From: Saprospiraceae bacterium
GTDB taxonomy: Bacteria; Bacteroidota; Bacteroidia; Chitinophagales; Saprospiraceae
Assembly: GCA_016714895.1 (NCBI GenBank)
Contig: JADKBV010000008.1
Location: forward strand, 1,523-65,522
Length of the DNA stretch: 64,000 nucleotides
Direction of reading: 5' to 3'
Shown here: positions 57,587-64,000 of the stretch, piece by piece
Numbering within the stretch: the stretch's first letter is position 1
Layout of the letters: the number at the start of each line of letters is the position of its first letter
Made by a program: the position numbers and the translations under genes
The notes under the pieces: generated by a model
Told to the model about the DNA's origin: nothing
The model's input: only the letters and a program-made list of their open reading frames with translations
Database searches by the model: none

Positions 57587-60424
57587 TCAATAAACAATCA
57601 TGATTTTGGCACTCCATGATGGAATATTATTTATTTTGACAACATACATGCCGTTTGCCAAATGATTTACATCTATTTTTTGTGGTCCGGCGGATGTAGT
57701 AGCGGTTGTTAAAACCAATTCACCAAACATATTGTACAATTGTATGTCAGAACCCACCAGTAGGGATTTTTCTGTTTGTACCACAAAGTCCGATTGAACC
57801 AGGGTAGGGGTGACTTTTATACCATATTCTGCTGCTGCCTGATCATCGACATTTACCGTTCCGTCTGATGTGATCATCACACCATCCGGCAAATATTGTA
57901 AGGTGTAATTGACGGGCATTTCGACCTTGGTATATTGTCCGGTAAATGTACCTGTCGTATGAATGATTTTTAAACTTCCGTTTACAATGGTTCCGTTCGG
58001 AACAATAATTTTTAACAAATCGCCGGCTACCATGTCACCATTGATGATCAATTCGTCAAATTGTCCACTTTCCTGGCCTTCAACCTCGATTTCTACCTTT
58101 TTTAAGGATTCGGCATCATCTTCTATGTATAATCTTCCGGGAGAACAACCGGGTGCTACCGTGCCTTCGTTGATAAAACCGGCATTAAAAGTATAAGATC
58201 CGTCTCCTTTAAAGGTTCCTGATACGGTGTTTATAAAAGGAACATTAAATATGATTTTAATCGGTTGTTCGGCGCAAATGGAGAAGATACCTTCATTGGT
58301 GAAAGACGTAAATCCGTCCATAATGACATCCTGATCTGAATCTACGTTCCATTTTCCGACATTTTTAAAAAATCCGGTATTAATTTCGATGATACCTCCG
58401 CTTAAGGTGACCTGACCATTATTGGTAAAAGGCGCAGAAATTACGGGTCTTTTTACGTTTTCACGGACAAAAACCGATGCCTCGCCGTTGATACGGGCCG
58501 GTACATCAAGGATGCCACCAAACCAATTAAAGGTTTCGTTGATACGTAGATTTCCACTTCCTTCAATATCGGTGTCTACGATTTCAAAAGATCCGGAAGG
58601 CTCAAAAATGGTGTTCAGACGTATCTTTGAATCTGTAAATTTATAAGTAAAATCCGGCGGAAGGACGATGTTTGTCTGTAAAGTGGAATATGTGGAAACG
58701 ACTGAACCCAGATTTTGCAGGATGGTCCCGGTTCTGAAGGTCACATTTCCGTAAAACGCTTCCAATACGTCAAAGTTTTGGGTGACCGAAGCATTAAAAA
58801 ATGTATGGCTGGTATTGGTATAACTCAATGAAACTTTGCTGCCGCTTTGACCTGATAATACACCTTGTTGCAACAACTCTCCGGAAAATGAAAGGGAGTC
58901 GTTTGAGCCTACATTCACCGTACCTATATTGATAAATTTTGCATAAATGGAGGATGTTTTTGAATTGATATTGATGATGCCATTGTTTTCTACCAATCCT
59001 GTGTATTCATTATTATTAAATCCCAGTAAGGTAAAATTTTGGCCACTGGTATTAATGGTGCCGTTGTTGCGGATACCCGCACTGCTTCCTGCGATATATC
59101 CTTCGGAACTGAAATTTATCACACCGTTGTTTTCCATTGCGTTAAATCCAATCTGTGTGGCACTAACAACCGTGGAAGGGCTGAAAGTAACGGTTGAACT
59201 ACCACCAAAATATCCTCCGTTTAACACAAGATTCGGTATGTCAAATAATATATCAATATCACCGGTGAAGGATCCACTGTTGAGTGTAAAATTTCCTGTA
59301 AAACTCTGATCTGTACCGGTTGTAATATTAGCACTGATGATATAGTTTGCTGCAGCAGGCAATACACCATTAAGGGTGATGGGTCCTGAACCTAAATTAA
59401 AATTTTGAATTTGCGATATATTACTGCCTTGTTGTATTTCTAATATTACAGTGGATCCTGTGACAAATGAAGACACATCCAAAGTTGACCCGGGTCGCAT
59501 AAAACATTCTGTACTGAAATTTTCAATGCCCAGATGTAACGACGAACCATCAGTTCCTGTGATCGTTCCGTCGTTATCCAATGCTGCAACAGTCAGTTTT
59601 GAAGGGCCGGCCATATTGATGGTTCCAGTGTTTGTCATAACGGTAGAGAAGCGCAAACTATCAACATCCGGTGCGATATTGATAGTACCGGAATTGTTGA
59701 TCTGAAATTCAATTAAAAAACCATTATATTCAAAAATAGCATTTTTATTTTCAATATTCAAGGTGCCTTCATTTGTGATTTCTCCCCATGATGCGATGAT
59801 TTTTCCTTTTTTCCAGTTAATGGTGCCTTGATTTAAGACGGTTCCAAGTGGGACAGGTTTAGTCGGGCTGTCAATATTGACGATACCTGTGGGATTAATG
59901 AGCATTGTTGCATTTATTCCGCCATCTTTTTGGGTTAAGGTGCCATTGACGGTAATATTTCTACCGCTGCAATCCTTTGAATCCAGGGTCAGGCTTCCGT
60001 TGACGATAAGGTCATTATAAAAAATGATTCCTTCAGCAAACTGGCCACCCAATTCATCTGTCATCAATCCGGTGGCATTCGGACCAATGATTAAGGTTAT
60101 TTGCCACCAAAAAGGAAACCTTGTGTCAATTCTTTCTGTAATAGTCATAGATCCCTGGCCGGTGATATAACTTAGTTTATCGACTGTAAGTGTTTTGATC
60201 GTGATGTCGCCATTAGTAACCACAAAAGAGTTATCACAATTGATGATTACATCGTCACCCACACCCGGAACTCCTGTCGGGACCCATGAATTCGGATCAT
60301 CCCAATTTACAGAAAAATATGGAACGCATTTCATCGTATATGTTGTGGCTGACAGGGATACCTGACAAAATAAAAATAAAATGATTAGTTGAAGGGATGT
60401 TGTGAATGCTCGAAATGGTCTCAT
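57587..60424 (-). CDS. Large T9SS-sorted beta-helix-type surface protein or adhesin
   Basis: 945 aa with a signal peptide. About 12 spaced N-x-G-[TIV]-[IVL]-N repeats are present (NQGTINW, NEGTLNI, NSGTINI, NTGTINM, NNGTINT, NNGIINI, NIGTVNV and others). The C-terminal sorting domain is ...LANGMYVVKINNIPSWSAKIMIVY. Confidence 0.7.
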   Translation of the reverse strand: MRPFRAFTTSLQLIILFLFCQVSLSATTYTMKCVPYFSVNWDDPNSWVPTGVPGVGDDVIINCDNSFVVTNGDITIKTLTVDKLSYITGQGSMTITERIDTRFPFWWQITLIIGPNATGLMTDELGGQFAEGIIFYNDLIVNGSLTLDSKDCSGRNITVNGTLTQKDGGINATMLINPTGIVNIDSPTKPVPLGTVLNQGTINWKKGKIIASWGEITNEGTLNIENKNAIFEYNGFLIEFQINNSGTINIAPDVDSLRFSTVMTNTGTINMAGPSKLTVAALDNDGTITGTDGSSLHLGIENFSTECFMRPGSTLDVSSFVTGSTVILEIQQGSNISQIQNFNLGSGPITLNGVLPAAANYIISANITTGTDQSFTGNFTLNSGSFTGDIDILFDIPNLVLNGGYFGGSSTVTFSPSTVVSATQIGFNAMENNGVINFSSEGYIAGSSAGIRNNGTINTSGQNFTLLGFNNNEYTGLVENNGIININSKTSSIYAKFINIGTVNVGSNDSLSFSGELLQQGVLSGQSGSKVSLSYTNTSHTFFNASVTQNFDVLEAFYGNVTFRTGTILQNLGSVVSTYSTLQTNIVLPPDFTYKFTDSKIRLNTIFEPSGSFEIVDTDIEGSGNLRINETFNWFGGILDVPARINGEASVFVRENVKRPVISAPFTNNGQVTLSGGIIEINTGFFKNVGKWNVDSDQDVIMDGFTSFTNEGIFSICAEQPIKIIFNVPFINTVSGTFKGDGSYTFNAGFINEGTVAPGCSPGRLYIEDDAESLKKVEIEVEGQESGQFDELIINGDMVAGDLLKIIVPNGTIVNGSLKIIHTTGTFTGQYTKVEMPVNYTLQYLPDGVMITSDGTVNVDDQAAAEYGIKVTPTLVQSDFVVQTEKSLLVGSDIQLYNMFGELVLTTATTSAGPQKIDVNHLANGMYVVKINNIPSWSAKIMIVY

Positions 60425-60641
60425 CTTTTTTACATTTTGGATTATGACCTTTATAGTGCTTTAATAGTCAGGTTGGTTGCCTGTTATTAATTATTATGGT
60501 TTTCCTGATTTTTTAAACCGGATGAAAAAAGAAGGTTGTCACGGAAAAAATAAACATAGATTGTAAATGAATTGGGAAACTTTGATGTCTGCTTTTGAGT
60601 ATTTTATTAATTTTATTTTTCAACAGAATGTAATGTTAACG

Positions 60642-60670
60642 AAAAAAGGCCTGCCCGTGAAGGCAGGCCT
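60642..60670 (-). terminator. Rho-independent terminator after the S8 peptidase gene
   Basis: AGGCCTGCC (60647-60655) pairs with GGCAGGCCT (60662-60670) around a 6-nt loop. A T run follows on the minus strand (A run at 60642-60647 on the plus strand). Confidence 0.75.
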
Positions 60671-60696
60671 AACCCTAAGTAGCCATGGTGCTACTT

Positions 60697-63600
60697 TTAT
60701 TTACTGACGACAAATCTGCTGACAATAATGGTATGTCCGTTTTCGTCTGTCATCGATACAATATAAACAGATGAAGGAAAAACCGTTATGTCCCAACTTA
60801 GGGATTCAGAACCTTCAGATTGATTCACTGTGGTAAATGATTTACCATCCAAACCATAAATATTAAAGACTCTGTCATGACCGGCAATGTTTGTTCGCAT
60901 ATACGCAGTATGCTGGTCAACTCTCGTTATCCAAGGCAAGTCCATCTGCTCTTCAGAAGAGGCATTACCCTCAACCCTGAATTCATCCCGATTGCAACAT
61001 TTGGCTCTGTACATTTCTTTGATGAAACATTTTGCATTATCACCTTCTTCGCACACAAGGCCTTTGAAAAATAGTCTGGCAAGACCGTCTTCATCGCATA
61101 CCCCTGTGAAAGTGAAACAAAGCTCAAAAACATTGTGCCCGTTGACCACAGTATTGTTAGGATCGGTGAGAGAAGTGACCGAAACTAATGTAAATCCCGG
61201 AGTTGAACTGCCATAATCTATAGAAAGCAATAACGGAAGATTGAGAGTACCTGAATAATCGAATTCCAGGATGAGACAGAATTGGTCTTTCCAACATTCA
61301 GGCCATTCTTTGATTTTTGCATTTTCAATTTTGCAGGCACACCTTTCATCATTGCACTTATATATCGTTGTAATATGGTGTTCGCATTTTATATCATTAT
61401 AAAACGTATAAATGATAAATCTCAAAGTGTCACCATTTTGGAGTCCGGCTGTCGACTGACAATGTCCCCAAGACCCTGCAAATGGTTCAATCCATTGCAT
61501 CACAGGAGAATTTCCGTATTGGTCGACTACACAAAAGTAACCATCTTCATTGACACATTTGATTTCCCAATAAGGAACAAGTAATTCAATCGTGATTTGT
61601 CTTGAGTCTGAACAACCGGAAATGGTATCAAAAACCGTGGCTGTGTAGGTCGTATTTTGGGTCGGACACACAACAATATAATTATTGCCAATATAAGAGA
61701 TTTCATCCTCAGGTTCCCAAATGATTTGGTTCCATCCTGATCCGCCGGCAAAGATGGTATCGCACCTTCCGCACTTAATTTCACCGTATGCTGCCTTCAG
61801 ATCAAGGTCGAGCTTAGGCCGGATGGATACATTGTCCACAAAAACAATATATATTCCGTTTGATCCCGGGATACCGGTAAGGTTGAGGTAACTGCCGTTT
61901 CCGTTGTAAGTGAATGAGGTGGAATACTCATGAAATACAGCATTTGTGGCATGGCAAACGTGATTTTGCTGATTTGTTACATCAACAGACGGACTGTTTA
62001 CCTGACCGATAACAGTTGAACCAACAGGAAGAAGTCCGGAGTTGTTTGTTGAAGATAATGCCACCACAATTGCACTTAAAGGGGAAACAGGAAAGAAACC
62101 ATAAGTGGTTACGTGGTAAGAGAAGCTCAGGTGATATTCCTGCCCGGGAATCAGGTTTAATGGATTTTCGGAAGTCACCCTTTCAATGTCTCCCTGTGTC
62201 AGCCACAACCCGATACTATTTCCGTCAGGAGAATCACAAAAGTAAGGTGTGGAATTTTTACTGTCCCAAAAACAAACATTTGCAAAATTGGTTGTTCCGC
62301 CACCCACGCCTATGATTTGTTCGAAGTCACCATTATACACCAATTGACATGGATCCGGAGGTAAACATAAAGGTATGTCATTCACATTACAATCAAAAAC
62401 AGCCTCCATGTTCACTCCTTCTGTGGTAACAGCAGGAGGATTACAATTTGTATTGGTAGCTAATGGAAACGTATTTTTGGTAAGACAATATTCAATCTGG
62501 TCGGTATTTAATGCCGGATTCAGACATTTGAGCAAAGCTACCTGCGCAGAAACTAAAGGCGCGGCCATACTGGTACCACTTAAAGCTCCATAAGAAGAAT
62601 TGCTTCCTGCCAGGGTGGAAAATATATTTTCACCGGGAGCAGCTATGTCCACCATCGCACCATAATTGGAAAAACAAGCTCTTGCACCATTACTATCTGA
62701 AGCCGCTACAGAAATAACATGTTGGTATGCGGCAGGATAAAACGAAGCAGGGAAATTACTGTTTCCGGCAGCAGCTACACAAATGATCCCCAGACTAAAA
62801 GCATCATTAAATAAATCCTGATAAGCTGCAACATAGGGACCACCTCCCCAGGACATATTGATGACATCCACTCCGGCGTTAATAGCCCATTCCACTCCTT
62901 CATAGGGCGCATCAAGTGCATTGGGATTAGAAGTGTTGTCTTTTGTACACTTAATAGCATACAAAAAAGTGTTAAAACCAAGAGAAGCAATACCAACGCC
63001 GTTATTGGTCTCCGCACCTGCAATACCTGCTACGTGGGTACCGTGGGTAAAAACCGAATTGGTGGCCCATCCCGGAGGGTTGGCGTTATTGTCATTGTCT
63101 GCCACATCCCTTTGGCCCACGATTTTATTAACGAGATCTTCGTGTGTCGTACGAACGGCATCATCCACAATGGCAATGACAACGTTGTTGCAACCCGTGG
63201 TTTGGTTACACCAGATATTGTTGGCGTTTACGTAATTGAGATGCCATGTGGTATTGTTGACAAAATACGGATCATTGGGATTACAAAACAATGTGGTGAC
63301 CGGTACCTTTTCGATGAGTTCGATGAATTCATTGGTTTCAAGTTGGCGAATGACAGAAGAGATATCAGATTTTTCGTAAAACTTCAACGTGTAATAAGAT
63401 GCCAGCCTTTCAGATTTCGGACTACGTACTTTAAATGTTTTTTCAACAGATGTGAGAGTGACACCTGTTAGAGAAGAAACAATGTTTTTTGTTTGTCTGG
63501 CCACATCACCAAGCCCTTCAATTTTGGCAGGAAATTCTGCCGGCTTAAATCCGGGTTTGAATCTTACGATAAGTTCCCCTTTTCGAAATTCGTGGGGCAA

Positions 63601-63711
63601 ATCAGGTTGTTGTTGTAATGTTTGTGCAAAGGAAGAAAGTGGCAAAGTCATGCCAAAAAATCCGGTGAATAGAAGGCACAGCATGGCCCTCCAAAATGTG
63701 TGTAAATTCAT
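60697..63711 (-). CDS. Secreted subtilisin-like S8 serine peptidase with a Cys-rich C-terminal extension and a T9SS sorting domain
   Basis: It has a signal peptide and a propeptide-like GELIVRFKPGF... The catalytic triad contexts are VVIAIVDDAV, HGTHVAGIAG and GTSMAAPLVS. The C-terminus is ...VFNIYGLDGKSF...SSVYIVSMTDENGHTIIVSRFVVSK. Confidence 0.88.
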   Translation of the reverse strand: MNLHTFWRAMLCLLFTGFFGMTLPLSSFAQTLQQQPDLPHEFRKGELIVRFKPGFKPAEFPAKIEGLGDVARQTKNIVSSLTGVTLTSVEKTFKVRSPKSERLASYYTLKFYEKSDISSVIRQLETNEFIELIEKVPVTTLFCNPNDPYFVNNTTWHLNYVNANNIWCNQTTGCNNVVIAIVDDAVRTTHEDLVNKIVGQRDVADNDNNANPPGWATNSVFTHGTHVAGIAGAETNNGVGIASLGFNTFLYAIKCTKDNTSNPNALDAPYEGVEWAINAGVDVINMSWGGGPYVAAYQDLFNDAFSLGIICVAAAGNSNFPASFYPAAYQHVISVAASDSNGARACFSNYGAMVDIAAPGENIFSTLAGSNSSYGALSGTSMAAPLVSAQVALLKCLNPALNTDQIEYCLTKNTFPLATNTNCNPPAVTTEGVNMEAVFDCNVNDIPLCLPPDPCQLVYNGDFEQIIGVGGGTTNFANVCFWDSKNSTPYFCDSPDGNSIGLWLTQGDIERVTSENPLNLIPGQEYHLSFSYHVTTYGFFPVSPLSAIVVALSSTNNSGLLPVGSTVIGQVNSPSVDVTNQQNHVCHATNAVFHEYSTSFTYNGNGSYLNLTGIPGSNGIYIVFVDNVSIRPKLDLDLKAAYGEIKCGRCDTIFAGGSGWNQIIWEPEDEISYIGNNYIVVCPTQNTTYTATVFDTISGCSDSRQITIELLVPYWEIKCVNEDGYFCVVDQYGNSPVMQWIEPFAGSWGHCQSTAGLQNGDTLRFIIYTFYNDIKCEHHITTIYKCNDERCACKIENAKIKEWPECWKDQFCLILEFDYSGTLNLPLLLSIDYGSSTPGFTLVSVTSLTDPNNTVVNGHNVFELCFTFTGVCDEDGLARLFFKGLVCEEGDNAKCFIKEMYRAKCCNRDEFRVEGNASSEEQMDLPWITRVDQHTAYMRTNIAGHDRVFNIYGLDGKSFTTVNQSEGSESLSWDITVFPSSVYIVSMTDENGHTIIVSRFVVSK

Positions 63712-64000
63712 GATACAATCATTTTTAGTTAAAAAATACCCTTAAAGACACCCTTCAAGGATGGTGAATAAAAATAAAACTTACCCTAAGGTTTTGACTG
63801 CTGACGGACGGATGTTTTTTTACAACCTCATATCCGAATCTTTTTTCGGTGGAGCCCCTTTGAATAACACAAAGATAGTGCAGATTAAGTTTTGTAATAA
63901 GAGGGTAAACACCGAAATATTAAACTCAGGGTTTTTGACGATTTTTTGCAGGTATTTGTACGTATCAGTTGTTTAAAACAAAGCAGAATTTATGTATAAA

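Noticed and set aside
1-64000. A search by eye for transposases, integrases, phage genes, restriction-modification systems, cas genes, reverse transcriptases and rRNA.
   Set aside because: I recognised none in any listed ORF. The accessory segments therefore cannot be assigned to a known class of mobile element from this window alone.

Overview
This is a 64-kb chromosomal segment that looks like a Bacteroidota genome. Six proteins end in T9SS-type C-terminal sorting domains, and several genes sit behind TAnnTTTG -7 promoter boxes.

Core content:
- An intact ~15-kb respiratory block runs from 8.1 to 23.1 kb. It encodes Alternative Complex III (actABCDEF), followed directly by an aa3-type cytochrome c oxidase set: subunit II, subunit I, heme O synthase, two subunit-III-like genes and subunit IV. 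One terminator closes the block.
- Three accessory genes follow: an SCO-like protein, a DUF420 protein and a small CPMC protein.
- Ordinary housekeeping genes fill most of the rest: polyprenyl synthetase, tRNA-Arg(CCT), deoB, xseAB, sucC, an M1 peptidase, two hsp20 genes, mnmG, gpx, ornithine aminotransferase, an Lrp/AsnC regulator, psd, cdsA, a CPBP protease, etfBA and a bifunctional nuclease.

Three low-GC accessory segments stand out:
1. 1-5.4 kb holds a giant secreted-protein gene broken by at least 12 frame disruptions. It lies downstream of a porin gene that carries one frameshift.
2. 36.8-37.6 kb holds a very AT-rich orphan gene with an Rx4H HEPN motif, preceded by a perfect 2x16-nt tandem repeat.
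3. 44.3-52.9 kb is an 8.5-kb block of opposite-strand genes between psd and cdsA. It encodes a Cys-rich lipoprotein, four small predicted outer-membrane beta-barrel proteins and three T9SS cargo proteins plus one orphan sorting-domain fragment. It carries no mobility genes. This is my best candidate for an undescribed cell-surface system.

Other oddities:
- Cytochrome oxidase subunit II carries a C-terminal OmpA-like peptidoglycan-binding domain.
- ActA has six heme motifs because of an extra N-terminal cytochrome c domain.
- The DUF420 gene is frameshifted in a T run.
- A cluster of ATGACAT half-sites lies upstream of the hsp20 pair.
- Two large T9SS cargo genes (a beta-helix protein and an S8 protease) sit at the right end.

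I saw no CRISPR array, rRNA, transposase, integrase or phage gene. All family names come from motif recognition by eye; no database search was run.
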